Source: a virus (taxonomy: Duplodnaviria > Caudoviricetes). Taken from it: a stretch of DNA of 50,403 bases. The notes under the pieces were generated by a model. The model was given only the letters and a program-made list of their open reading frames with translations. It did no database searches and was not told where the DNA came from. Location of the stretch: the IMG/VR virus record IMGVR_UViG_3300046786_000301, positions 1-50,403 of that record; one strand, given 5' to 3'. The position numbers were made by a program, and so were the translations under genes. This document shows positions 1 to 9,777 of this stretch, piece by piece; position 1 is the first letter of the stretch, and every line of letters starts with the position of its first letter.

Positions 1-127
1 CCGTAAGCTACGCAGTGTCATCCTGGGGTCAGGAGATAGCCGATAATGCATCCCTACTACTTACTAGACTTTATTAGCAAGTTTAAAGCTAGTATTTTAA
101 ATGATGTAGGCTTTTTATCAGAGGGGC
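1..127 (+). repeat. 127-bp terminal direct repeat, copy 1 (circular assembly overlap)
   Basis: 1..127 is identical to 50277..50403. It falls inside genes (MazG end / next gene start), and 127 is a common assembler k-mer, so the genome is circular/complete at 50,276 bp. Confidence 0.95.
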
Positions 128-279
128 TAACTACCACATATAAACTGGCTTCCCCTAAAGATGCCACCAATGTTCAGTGGAATATGGCCGCTATTAGTAG
201 AACAGCAGAAGAACTACTAGCAACATTAAATGCTTTAGAAAAAGAGCTTGATACTCTTAATAAGAAAAATGGAATCTAA
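46..279 (+). CDS. hypothetical protein (77 aa)
   Basis: ATG overlaps the MazG stop (TAATG) across the circular junction; GGAG upstream. Confidence 0.7.
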   Translation: MHPYYLLDFISKFKASILNDVGFLSEGLTTTYKLASPKDATNVQWNMAAISRTAEELLATLNALEKELDTLNKKNGI

Positions 280-658
280 ATGTATTGAATCAAAATGAGC
301 CTGTAATAACTCAGGCTACCCAATCAAGTGGTTTGAAGGCAAAAACTATTATCACCATAGATTGGTTGCTGGAGCAAATTTAGGAGAGGTAGTCATGCAT
401 CTTTGTGATAATAAAAAGTGTATTAATCCAGAGCACCTAAAAGTGGGCACATATGCCGAGAACTCAGCAGATATGGTAACTAAAAATAGACAGGCATTTG
501 GTGAACGAGCTGGTAACTCTAAATTAGTAGCGCACCAAGTTGTAGAGATTAGGGGACTGTTTGGGAAACTTTCTAGCAGAAAGGTAGCTAAGCTATTTAG
601 CATTTCTGCTAGTAATATAAAAGACATTTGGACTAGGAAAATCTGGAGACATATTTGA
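269..658 (+). pseudogene. HNH homing endonuclease with in-frame TGA at 296-298
   Basis: Frame reads MESKCIESK*ACNNSGYP...HRLV...VMHLCDNKKCINPEHL...N..DM..K.R followed by an HTH-like tail, a typical phage HNH_3 layout. The ORF track only finds 362..658. Confidence 0.7.
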
Positions 659-2322
659 TTCGTAAGTATTTCAAGAATTCGTTTGCCGAAAACATCTATA
701 ATCAAAAATATCGCCATGGACCCAACGACGATTGGGGTGCGTTATGCGACAGACTGGTAGATGATGTATGTGGTACTCGTGCTGGAACAGCAGAGCGTCT
801 AATGAGCAAAGAAGATTGCTCCCAGCTAGCAGAGTTTATGAAAGACATGAAATTCTTGCCAGGAGGCCGGTACTTATTTTACGCAGGAAAGAAGAACAGT
901 TACTTTAATAATTGCTTTCTTTTGCGAGCAGAGGAAGATACTAGAGAAGAGTGGGCAGAGCTGATGAAGCGGGCCGTATCCTGTCTCATGACCGGCGGCG
1001 GCATTGGTATTGACTACTCTATTCTTCGCCCGGCTGGCAAGCCGCTATCCCGTACCGGAGGTATTAGCTCGGGACCACTACCTCTTATGCAAATGATTAA
1101 CGAGGCAGGTCGTGGAATTATGCAAGGAGGGTCTAGACGCTCAGCGATCTATGCTAGTCTCAATTGGCAACATGAAGACATTTCTGACTTCCTTACAGCA
1201 AAGAATTGGTCAGAATCTGTAAGGACTGCTAAGGCTGAAAATTTCAATAGCTTTGCTCCGCTGGATATGACTAACATCTCAGTGAACTACGATGACAGGG
1301 CTTTATGGGATCAAGGTAGCTTACGAAATAAAAACTGGCTAGCTACTAACCCCGTGTTCTTACAGAATGTTCGTCAAGCTATGGAGACAGGGGAACCTGG
1401 GTTCTCTTTCAATTTTGGAGATAAACAAAATGAAACGCTTCGTAATGCTTGTACTGAGGTTACTTCAGAGGATGATTCTGATGTCTGTAACTTGGGTAGT
1501 ATTAACCTTGGTAACATTACTAGTTTGGATGAGTTCCGTAGTGTGGTATCCCTTGCTTCTAAGTTTCTTGTTTGTGGAACATTGCGAGCGGATTTACCTT
1601 ATGACAAGGTATACAAAATAAGAGAAAAGAACCGACGGTTAGGGCTAGGTCTTATGGGTGTTGCAGAGTGGCTCATGCAAAGAGGGTACAAGTATGAAGT
1701 AGTCCCTGAGCTTCATAAGTGGCTGGAAGTTTATCGTGATGAATCCAAACGTAGTGCAGATGAGCATTGTGATAGATTCTATATCAATAGGCCTGTTGCA
1801 TATCGTGCCATAGCACCAACCGGAAGCATAGGTATTCTAAGTTCCACAACAACTGGTATTGAACCATTATTTGCTGTAGCATATAAGAGGCGCTATTTAA
1901 CTAATGGTACTCAATGGAAGTACGAATATGTAGTAGACGGAGCTGCCCAGAGCTTAATCCAAAAGTATGGTGCTGACCCAGACTCTATTGAAACTGCTCT
2001 ACATTTAGCATCTGATCCAGAGCGTAGAATCAAGTTCCAATATGACATCCAATCATATGTTGATATGAGCATTAGCTCTACTATCAATATGCCTGAGTGG
2101 GGGTCAAAAGAAAACAATGAAGATAAGGTACAAGACTTTGCAAATATTTTAGCTAAGTATGCTCCAGGTCTTCGGGGGTTTACAGTGTACCCAAATGGTG
2201 CAAGAGGTGGTCAGCCACTAACCGCAGTGCCTTACAATGATGCCATTAAACATCGAGGTGTTGTATATGATGAGATTGTGGATATATGTGATTTAACTGG
2301 AGGCGGAACCTGTGGGAGTTAA
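655..2322 (+). CDS. nrdJ: class II (adenosylcobalamin-dependent) ribonucleotide reductase
   Basis: PGGR, NCF, GGGIG, RRSA, NACTE (NxCxE), CNLGSIN, LGLGLMG, APTG motifs and C-terminal CxxxxxxxC; 555 aa with no beta-subunit gene in the genome; TTG start. Confidence 0.85.
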   Translation: MIRKYFKNSFAENIYNQKYRHGPNDDWGALCDRLVDDVCGTRAGTAERLMSKEDCSQLAEFMKDMKFLPGGRYLFYAGKKNSYFNNCFLLRAEEDTREEWAELMKRAVSCLMTGGGIGIDYSILRPAGKPLSRTGGISSGPLPLMQMINEAGRGIMQGGSRRSAIYASLNWQHEDISDFLTAKNWSESVRTAKAENFNSFAPLDMTNISVNYDDRALWDQGSLRNKNWLATNPVFLQNVRQAMETGEPGFSFNFGDKQNETLRNACTEVTSEDDSDVCNLGSINLGNITSLDEFRSVVSLASKFLVCGTLRADLPYDKVYKIREKNRRLGLGLMGVAEWLMQRGYKYEVVPELHKWLEVYRDESKRSADEHCDRFYINRPVAYRAIAPTGSIGILSSTTTGIEPLFAVAYKRRYLTNGTQWKYEYVVDGAAQSLIQKYGADPDSIETALHLASDPERRIKFQYDIQSYVDMSISSTINMPEWGSKENNEDKVQDFANILAKYAPGLRGFTVYPNGARGGQPLTAVPYNDAIKHRGVVYDEIVDICDLTGGGTCGS

Positions 2323-2401
2323 TACAGCTTGGGCTGCTTGTATTCCTAAATATGTAGTGCTCGCATATGAAACACTAGACAAGTTAAATGGGGTAGCATA
2401 A
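2312..2401 (+). CDS. small hypothetical protein (29 aa)
   Basis: GGAGG SD and GTG start; fills the gap exactly, and its TAA overlaps the next start (TAATA). Confidence 0.45.
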   Translation: MGVNTAWAACIPKYVVLAYETLDKLNGVA

Positions 2402-2853
2402 TAACAACAATTGCAGCTAGCATCTCATTAGGTGCCATTGCGGGTGACAGACAATACACATATGGTGGTACCACCAAATTCTTAGGTGCTCCTAAGGTTA
2501 TTCAAATTGCAGACTCCCTCTCTAAGGAAATGTTTGGAGTACCCAAGACACTCATAGGCTTTGCCGGTAATGCAGATGTATGGGGACAGGTACAAGCATT
2601 CTTTGCTGACCCAACTAGAAAGCTTCCTAAGCTAAAGAACATTGAATTTCTGATGCTTAATAAGAACGGAATCTACCATGCTACAAACATGGAAAATTGG
2701 GTTCTACTTAACGAGAAGCATTTTGCCATTGGTAGTGGTATGAGCTTTGCCATGGCAGCCATGGCGTCTGGGAAGACTCCTATTGAAGCATGTAAGGTAG
2801 CTAGTAAGTATGATGTACTCACTGGCCTAGGATATAAAGAGCTATCTTTGTAA
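2401..2853 (+). CDS. HslV/proteasome-beta-like Ntn protease, ATA start
   Basis: Extending the 2530 ORF upstream gives (ATA)-TTIAASISLGAIAGDRQYT; C-terminal AIGSG..FA.AAM..G..P.EA...A...D..TG; N-terminal Thr nucleophile pattern. Confidence 0.75.
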   Translation: MTTIAASISLGAIAGDRQYTYGGTTKFLGAPKVIQIADSLSKEMFGVPKTLIGFAGNADVWGQVQAFFADPTRKLPKLKNIEFLMLNKNGIYHATNMENWVLLNEKHFAIGSGMSFAMAAMASGKTPIEACKVASKYDVLTGLGYKELSL

Positions 2854-2860
2854 TGTCAAT

Positions 2861-2900
2861 AAAAAAAGCCCCTTGGCTCATGCCTTGGGGCTTTTCTTTT
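2861..2900. terminator. bidirectional intrinsic terminator between the convergent arms
   Basis: AAAAAAAGCCCC...GGGGCTTTTCTTTT stem flanked by A and T tracts; a second small hairpin AGCCTT-GGGA-AAGGCT is adjacent. Confidence 0.85.
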
Positions 2901-2914
2901 AGCCTTGGGAAAGG

Positions 2915-2953
2915 CTACTTCTTTTTCTTACCACCACGGTTACCGCATGCCAT
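2915..2953 (-). CDS. 12-aa basic micropeptide MACGNRGGKKKK
   Basis: GGAGG SD 6 nt before the ATG, directly after the endolysin stop and before the terminator. Confidence 0.5.
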   Translation of the reverse strand: MACGNRGGKKKK

Positions 2954-2954
2954 G

Positions 2955-3485
2955 CTATTCCTCCAAAGGTATTACTTCTATAGCTCTCTGTAAGAGCTTA
3001 TATCTATCAGGATAGCCATTAAGACCACCATTAATGCACTTAGTAAGGTCTTGGAACAAGTTAGCATCACACAGCTTATTAAGACTGTGCTCATTCCAAA
3101 ACCACCCAGCACTCCTAGCAGCCCATTTAGGCTCTGCTAACATCTCAGGACTATCCCATAGAGGAAGGTCCAAATCAAACCCACACATTATATAGTTGTT
3201 CTTGCCAGTGATCTGAATAAGACCCCTGCCTTTGAACTTTACCCCATCTCCCTTAGCAGTGTTTCCAAGGTCCTTACGGCCCTCGTAGGCTGCTCCAGAG
3301 GCTATCTCTTCTACATATCGGAGTTGTCCAGATTCATGCCCGATTTGGGCCAGGAACATCCTAATTCTCTGTGGCGTATTTATGTTGTAAATAGCCATAG
3401 TGTCTTGAATGTGTCCTAGGAACCTGTCAATGCGTTCCTCTGAACACCCCTTGTAGATGGCTCGTAGTTGTTCTTTAGTTACCAT
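2955..3485 (-). CDS. glycoside hydrolase family 19 endolysin
   Basis: FLAQIGHES, YEGRKDLGN, FKGRGLIQITG..NY, SAGWFW, INGGLNG..DR motifs. Confidence 0.92.
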   Translation of the reverse strand: MVTKEQLRAIYKGCSEERIDRFLGHIQDTMAIYNINTPQRIRMFLAQIGHESGQLRYVEEIASGAAYEGRKDLGNTAKGDGVKFKGRGLIQITGKNNYIMCGFDLDLPLWDSPEMLAEPKWAARSAGWFWNEHSLNKLCDANLFQDLTKCINGGLNGYPDRYKLLQRAIEVIPLEE

Positions 3486-6400
3486 TGTAATATTGATATT
3501 TGTAGATAGAACCTAGTGAGTCGTTAATCTCACCCTCAGCACGTTGCTTTGGAGTCTTAGCAGCTTCTACACCTATCCTACCTAAGTCTAGATTCAGGAG
3601 TCTAGTGGGATCACCCTTAGCTTCCATATACTTCTTCAGGATAGGTCTGGTATCGTCACCATGTAGTATGGCAGACTTATACTGCTTCTCCAAGTCCTTC
3701 TGGTCTTTTACATCCTGCATAGCACGTTGCTTCTGAGTCCATAAGGTTTCCTCCTGTAGACGCTCACGAATTGGGCGTAGCCCGAGTACCTTACGCACCT
3801 GCTGTTCCTCAAGAGTTCTAGGCTGTTCCAGCTTATTCTCTCCCTTGGAGTTCTTCACATTACCAAACTCGTCAGTCATCACCTTATTCTCAAACATAAG
3901 CCTACCCTGAGCAGGTAAAGCCTTATTGGCTAGGTCATATAGAGAGGCTGTATCTTGCTTGTTAGCATAGGCATAGGCAGCTGCAATGATGTTCACCGCG
4001 TTTGAGATGTGTGGTGCTACTGACAAGGGTTGTGTAGGATCAGGCAATATAGAACTCATAGACACTCTATTTGCAATGTCAGTCTGAGATACATGGGAGG
4101 CTACACCATCCATAAGAGCACTACTTTGGGTAGGATCATCCATCAGATATTCTCTAACAGACTTATCTGTAATGTGCTTGACAAGCTCACTAGCTTCCTT
4201 GTATCCAGGCAGTCCTGTAACACCGTATAGAGCGTAGGCTGTAGCAAGCATGGCCGCTGCTGCGGCTGGCTGTCTCTTAGCATTAATGGTAGTAGAAACC
4301 ATTTGCTCTACTAGGTTATGTTTGAAGGTAGACAAAGCGCCTACCATCTTACCAGTTTCCCCTAATGCAGAGTAGATAGATGGTCTCTCATCGGGATGAT
4401 AATTGGCCATAGCATACTCTGTAGCACTCTGAGCACGAAGCAGAGCCTCCTCACCTCTGAGTCCTGCTTTATGGAACATATCCGCCAGGGTCATAAACAG
4501 AGGACCACGGGTAGCACGTTCAGGTGCTGTGGTACTGTAGTCAACCACCTTAAGCGTCTTAAGTGCAGCATTACTCTGGTGTAGTTCATGAGCAAGAGCC
4601 ACTTCAGAGAAATCAAAGATACCCTTATCATGTGCCCAAGCCCAGGCTTCCTTCAGATGTGCTGGCACACCTTTAGCAAGTTCTGGCTTACCCATAATGT
4701 CAGCCACTGTGAGTGAGACAGTATGTAGTCCACCACCAACAGCAGCAGAATGTCCTAGCTCCAAAGGATTCAAACCAGTCTCTGCCCTGACTCGTAGCAT
4801 CTCAGGCAGTCCGCCTGTAACAGCTTGTGAAAGCTGCATAGCTGCAAAACCAATATTCCCAAAACCCATCATAAGTCTTGAAGACGTTCCAGAGATAAGA
4901 TTTACCACCTTACGGGGTAGTGCTGGACCAGCAGTGTTGAAAGATACCATTTTAGTGGCAGTATCTAACAAGGCATTACCAGCAGCACCTACGGTATTGA
5001 GTGTTTGACCTTGGATATGGTCTGCATATTTCTCTAGGAACCTAGCAGTATTTGGCATATCCTTAGCCATCTTAGGATCAGATGCTAGAGCAAGTGCCTC
5101 ATTAATAGGCTTCTGCATACTAGAATATCTATAGCCCTCTTCTAGGTAGTCTACAAGACCAGCTAAGAACTGCTTAGTATTCTCCGCCTTAGATAGCCAT
5201 GGTCGATCACCAAGAGCACCTTTGACGCCAGCCTTCTTAATCTCATGCACATCAAACCGATAGAGAGCGTGTGTAGAGTCTACAGCATGCTGATCTACAA
5301 TGGCTTTAGCTTCTGCAAAGCGTGGATCGAGTTCACCAAGTCTAGCAACCAGCTCATTGAACCCATTGTAAGTGTTGATGGAGTTCTTAGTATTTGTACG
5401 AAGACCCTTACGATCCTTACCAATGACCTCAGAATATTCCTTGCCCATAGTTTGATAGTGCTTGACAGCAGCGTCATGCTGGAACTTGGTATCCCCTTGA
5501 GCAATGCCCTTGGTTATGAAACGACCGTCCTTGTCAATGAACCCAACAAAGCTTACATAGGCTCCACTGAAGTTACTAGGGACATAGCCTTCACGGTATT
5601 TGAATCCCTCTAGACCTTGTTCACCAAGAGCCTTTTGGGTTTCTGCATAGTGGGTATCTAGAGCATCCTTAATAGCTGTAGCAGTCTTCTTCATCTTATC
5701 TGAGAAGCCCAAGGTGTCTAATAGTTCAGGTGTAAGAGGTTTCGGAGACTTGTCTAGAGCTTGTAACAGTTCCACTAAACTACCTTGTTCCTCTGGAGTC
5801 AAAGACTTGAGCTGTTTAACAATACCATCCTTACCCGTTATGTATGTTTTGCTTAAGGTTTCAGCCTTGTTACGAGCCTCTTGAAATATATTGCGGACAT
5901 AGTTTAAGGGCTTGTTAGATAGATTGGTACGTAGGGCACCTTCTACACCAGAGCGTAGGCTATTTACCCCAACCTTAGACATATCCTTACTAGGGTTAAT
6001 ACCAGCAAGCGCCTCTTCTCTCGTAGCTACCCTCTCATAGGCAGAACCTTCCAGACCAGCTACCCGTGCTTTCAAAGCAAGTTCGTTCTTCTTAGCAATG
6101 GTTTCTGGTGTAATGGGCTTAAGTAGAGAATCCTGCTGTGGTTGCTTAGGGATAACTCGTAGGCTATTAGCAATGGGAGTAGCTACCTTATTATAAAGAC
6201 TTTTAACAGAGTCTGTAATCTCCTGAAGATCGACAGCACCACGCTCACCTTGATGGTTCATGCGGTTGGCTTCTGCTACGGCTCCTTCAAGGGCTCCAGA
6301 AGGCTCTACAGAGCCTCGTAGCTGACTGTTGAGTGCCAAGGTACGCTCGGCTGCTCCCATGCTGTCTATGGCCTGTGTAAGCGGAATACCTCCCTGACCA

Positions 6401-7575
6401 AATTGTTGAGCAGCCTGAGCTGACGCCTCGTCTAGTGTTGCATGTTGCCCAATGGGGTCACGCATAGGGGGTAGTTCATCACCCCATAGATGACGTTGTA
6501 AAGGCTCAGTAGCATGCTGTACATCCATAGATAGGTCTGCCTTAATGGGCATACCATTCTCATCAATACGCCAATCACCAGTAGCTGCTTCATATGGATT
6601 AGCAATACGACCCTGTTCTGGTTGGTCAAAGAGTTCACCAGACATAGGCTGTTCACGTTGCATACGAGCAAGTTGTTCTGAAGAAGCTTGTTCAGCAAGG
6701 CGTTGTTGTTCCGCTACATGCTCAGCATAGCCAGTTGGAGCATTGGCCTGACGACCACGCTCAGCAGCATTATTATCCAGACTAGCTTGCCTAGCTACCT
6801 CTTGCTGCATGGCAGCCTGACGTTGTTCTAGGATAGCTTGTGCTTTAGCAGCCCGCTGTTGTTCTAGTTGAGATACAACAGTATCAAGTCCATTACCAGA
6901 CCCAATTGGACGTACTGGTTCCTGCCAACCGTTTAGTTGACTATCAGCAATGTCTTGGAAAGCGCGCTCACCAGCAAATAGGTCTACTGGACCAGTGTGC
7001 TGTTCCACAGCTTTAGCAATGTCTACCTTAGGAGCCTCTGTTTTTGGAGCCCTAGCCAGTTTAGGCTTACCAGTATTCCCCATAGGAATGGTGTGTGCCA
7101 CCATACCCATAGGGAGTAGTTCACTAAGTACCTTGCTCACAGCAGCTGCACCAGTTTGTCCTAAGTCAGTCTTAGGTACATAGGAGTGCTGAGTCATTAA
7201 ACGCTCTTGTTCCTTTTGGAAGTCAGGAATACCAATACCAAGGGCACGGTTAGAAGCTGCCTGGATAGGAGCAAGAACACTAGAGATAAGTCCAGTGGTA
7301 GTGTTTAGGACAGTTTCACCTGCCCCCTTAACATAGTCCATAATGCCTGGCTCAGGCATGTTCTGGGCCTTGGTAGTACCAGCTAACCAAGCAGGATCAG
7401 TACCAGGGATAGTGGGGCCAGAGTAGGGAGCAGCATCTGGATTCTGCCCCTTTAGTTTCTTTAGCTGCCTCTCATACCAAGAAGTACCATTATCAGCTGG
7501 TGTTACCCCATTGGCAGAGAATAAATCAACTGGCCCAGACGACTCTGGTAAATCTTTGAATAGATCAATAGGCAT
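3475..7575 (-). CDS. large internal virion / DNA ejection protein (1366 aa)
   Basis: Size, helical/Q-rich composition and position as the last of three ejection-like genes after the tail hub; no catalytic motif recognised. Confidence 0.65.
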   Translation of the reverse strand: MPIDLFKDLPESSGPVDLFSANGVTPADNGTSWYERQLKKLKGQNPDAAPYSGPTIPGTDPAWLAGTTKAQNMPEPGIMDYVKGAGETVLNTTTGLISSVLAPIQAASNRALGIGIPDFQKEQERLMTQHSYVPKTDLGQTGAAAVSKVLSELLPMGMVAHTIPMGNTGKPKLARAPKTEAPKVDIAKAVEQHTGPVDLFAGERAFQDIADSQLNGWQEPVRPIGSGNGLDTVVSQLEQQRAAKAQAILEQRQAAMQQEVARQASLDNNAAERGRQANAPTGYAEHVAEQQRLAEQASSEQLARMQREQPMSGELFDQPEQGRIANPYEAATGDWRIDENGMPIKADLSMDVQHATEPLQRHLWGDELPPMRDPIGQHATLDEASAQAAQQFGQGGIPLTQAIDSMGAAERTLALNSQLRGSVEPSGALEGAVAEANRMNHQGERGAVDLQEITDSVKSLYNKVATPIANSLRVIPKQPQQDSLLKPITPETIAKKNELALKARVAGLEGSAYERVATREEALAGINPSKDMSKVGVNSLRSGVEGALRTNLSNKPLNYVRNIFQEARNKAETLSKTYITGKDGIVKQLKSLTPEEQGSLVELLQALDKSPKPLTPELLDTLGFSDKMKKTATAIKDALDTHYAETQKALGEQGLEGFKYREGYVPSNFSGAYVSFVGFIDKDGRFITKGIAQGDTKFQHDAAVKHYQTMGKEYSEVIGKDRKGLRTNTKNSINTYNGFNELVARLGELDPRFAEAKAIVDQHAVDSTHALYRFDVHEIKKAGVKGALGDRPWLSKAENTKQFLAGLVDYLEEGYRYSSMQKPINEALALASDPKMAKDMPNTARFLEKYADHIQGQTLNTVGAAGNALLDTATKMVSFNTAGPALPRKVVNLISGTSSRLMMGFGNIGFAAMQLSQAVTGGLPEMLRVRAETGLNPLELGHSAAVGGGLHTVSLTVADIMGKPELAKGVPAHLKEAWAWAHDKGIFDFSEVALAHELHQSNAALKTLKVVDYSTTAPERATRGPLFMTLADMFHKAGLRGEEALLRAQSATEYAMANYHPDERPSIYSALGETGKMVGALSTFKHNLVEQMVSTTINAKRQPAAAAAMLATAYALYGVTGLPGYKEASELVKHITDKSVREYLMDDPTQSSALMDGVASHVSQTDIANRVSMSSILPDPTQPLSVAPHISNAVNIIAAAYAYANKQDTASLYDLANKALPAQGRLMFENKVMTDEFGNVKNSKGENKLEQPRTLEEQQVRKVLGLRPIRERLQEETLWTQKQRAMQDVKDQKDLEKQYKSAILHGDDTRPILKKYMEAKGDPTRLLNLDLGRIGVEAAKTPKQRAEGEINDSLGSIYKYQYYNGN

Positions 7576-8453
7576 TATTTAATTCCTAGTTGGGCCTTTA
7601 CTTGTGCCTCTGTCATATTGTAAAGTTTGGCAGTGTGTGCAATGTTTTCAGGAGTGTTTAGAGCAGCTTTATCTACAGGTTTACCAGCTTGTGGTACAGG
7701 CTTAGCTCCAAAGTCAGGATTGGGAACAAGTTTACCAGCATTATCCCATACCATTGCAGGAGCTTTAAAGCCACGGTTTGCAATCATCTCTTTAACTAGG
7801 TCTGCCCTAGTCTGTGCTTTTGCAACCTGATCTCTGGTGGATTCAGGATTATCAATAACATTGTTATAGAAATATAACTGAGACTCAAGACTTGTAGGAG
7901 ACCTAGGAGCACCACTACCACCAGCACCACGAGCTACAACAGCATCTACCCTACTCTGTGCGCCACTACGAGCAACATCCTTAGAGTTCTCACCTTGGAT
8001 ACGAAGATGTTCATACATCTTAAGCATATCACCAGTCATTTTGTAACGCTGCTGGGCAAGTTTAGATACTTGTGGGTCAGGAGATAGCATATCTTTTTCT
8101 AGCTGAGCATGCGCCTGCTTAACCTCATTTTCAGTGGTTGAAGAAGAAAGATCGGATAAGGCTTTTAAATAAGTAGGCTCTTTAAGCCTCTGTTTTACAT
8201 CTAGGTCAAATATAGAGTTTGCAGTTAGTGCTCTAGCATGGCCAGCATTGGCATTATTCAGCTCAGTGGTAGATACTTTATTAGCCATATCCAAGGGCAG
8301 CATCTGTTGATTCTTGTATAACTCCTGTAGGGAGTTCTGCTGATTTATAACATTATTTCGCTGGGCATCATAGGCTTGCTGACCTTGCCATCGGCCAGCA
8401 TCAAACCCCTCAGCCTGAGCCATTGAAGGATACATTGTAGATAGATCAGCCAT
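7575..8453 (-). CDS. putative internal virion/ejection protein (292 aa)
   Basis: Coupled ORF, Q/A-rich, position in the podovirus ejection cluster. Confidence 0.55.
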   Translation of the reverse strand: MADLSTMYPSMAQAEGFDAGRWQGQQAYDAQRNNVINQQNSLQELYKNQQMLPLDMANKVSTTELNNANAGHARALTANSIFDLDVKQRLKEPTYLKALSDLSSSTTENEVKQAHAQLEKDMLSPDPQVSKLAQQRYKMTGDMLKMYEHLRIQGENSKDVARSGAQSRVDAVVARGAGGSGAPRSPTSLESQLYFYNNVIDNPESTRDQVAKAQTRADLVKEMIANRGFKAPAMVWDNAGKLVPNPDFGAKPVPQAGKPVDKAALNTPENIAHTAKLYNMTEAQVKAQLGIK

Positions 8454-9769
8454 TACCAGCCACCGCCATCACCAAATAGTCCCTGAAAATCAGTATACAT
8501 GCCAGCTAAGCTGCTTGGAGAAAAAGCACCATTAGAGCTTAAACTATTACCAAGCATTTGAGCAAGTCTAATCTTGTTGTTAAAATCATTCTGTTGGCCT
8601 TGCATAATAGCAGGAGCCATGCCTGCATTTGCCTTAGCAAGAGCTGCCTGTAGTTCTACAGAACGCGTGCCATACTGTGAACGTCTACCAGAGGCAGCGT
8701 CACGTCTAGCAAGCTCTTGTTGTAGCTGCTGAGCATAGGGACTATTTTGTCCATACATATTCTGTAGACTATTTAGATAACTACCATTTCCTTTCATTCC
8801 ACGATAAGCACTATATAAAGAAGCTAGAGTACTAGCAGCATTAACATAAGGATTACCCTGTTGCTGAGTAGAATTATTTAGAGACTGCGGTGTCCCACCT
8901 GGCTTTCCTGCAAAGTCATTATAAACTTGGCCAAGTCTATCTATAAAAGATAGTTGAGGTGCCTGACTGTTTACAGGGCTACCTTCTATAGAAGTAGGAG
9001 TAGAATAGTTTCTACCTTCATTACTATAATTTGTATCGGCCTCAGGCCCAAAATCATCACCCCAAGTATCCACTGGTTTACTCCCGTTGTTATTAGTAAA
9101 ATACCCCATAGCTTGCCCGAAAGCGCCACGAGCTGCTCCTGATTCCAACCCGGACTGGAATCCGTTTCCCTGTAAGGCAGAAAGAGTTCCACCAGTCAAT
9201 CCACCATTAATTGCCCCACGAAGATATTCGGGGATTTGGTCGTATCCAGAAGTCACCCCAGAAATAGCATTACCAATTCCGGCAGCAGCACCCCCGGAAA
9301 GCCCGCCCCTAATAGCTCCCTCACCAAAACTACCTCCAGATAGTCCACTCTGGGCTCCGCCCCATAGGGCACCGGAGGCAGCTCCACCTGCAACAGAACT
9401 ACCCATAGCTCCAGATAAAGCACCACCAGTAAAAGCAGAGCCAATGGCAGTCCCAATAGCTCTACCAACTAGTCTCTGTGTGGGATCATTAGATAGTCTA
9501 GTTCCCTCAGCTCCAACATCCCAAACTGATCTACCATAAGGGTCGTATGGATTCCAAGATAGGTCACCATTAAATCCACCGTATAGAGAGGATAGTACTG
9601 CTGTTGGGCTACCAGGGATAATGGACCCAGAGTCCCATATATCTTGTATATCTTCTCCAACACCATTAAAATCTAGGTGGGCAGCGTCATCTATAGCTTT
9701 AGATGTCCCGCCTAACATCCCCCCAATACCATCACCCACAGCACTAAAAATATCACCTAAAAAACTCAT
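8453..9769 (-). CDS. Gly-rich DNA transfer/pilot-like protein (438 aa)
   Basis: Long GxxxG glycine-zipper segments and Q-rich C-terminus; position after the tail genes. Confidence 0.6.
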   Translation of the reverse strand: MSFLGDIFSAVGDGIGGMLGGTSKAIDDAAHLDFNGVGEDIQDIWDSGSIIPGSPTAVLSSLYGGFNGDLSWNPYDPYGRSVWDVGAEGTRLSNDPTQRLVGRAIGTAIGSAFTGGALSGAMGSSVAGGAASGALWGGAQSGLSGGSFGEGAIRGGLSGGAAAGIGNAISGVTSGYDQIPEYLRGAINGGLTGGTLSALQGNGFQSGLESGAARGAFGQAMGYFTNNNGSKPVDTWGDDFGPEADTNYSNEGRNYSTPTSIEGSPVNSQAPQLSFIDRLGQVYNDFAGKPGGTPQSLNNSTQQQGNPYVNAASTLASLYSAYRGMKGNGSYLNSLQNMYGQNSPYAQQLQQELARRDAASGRRSQYGTRSVELQAALAKANAGMAPAIMQGQQNDFNNKIRLAQMLGNSLSSNGAFSPSSLAGMYTDFQGLFGDGGGW

Positions 9770-9777
9770 ACTATTCC

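Noticed and set aside
296-322. Selenocysteine insertion (UGA + SECIS) in the HNH gene
   Set aside because: The position is not an obvious catalytic Cys and the hairpin begins within the stop codon, unlike canonical bacterial SECIS spacing; kept only as a generic readthrough candidate.
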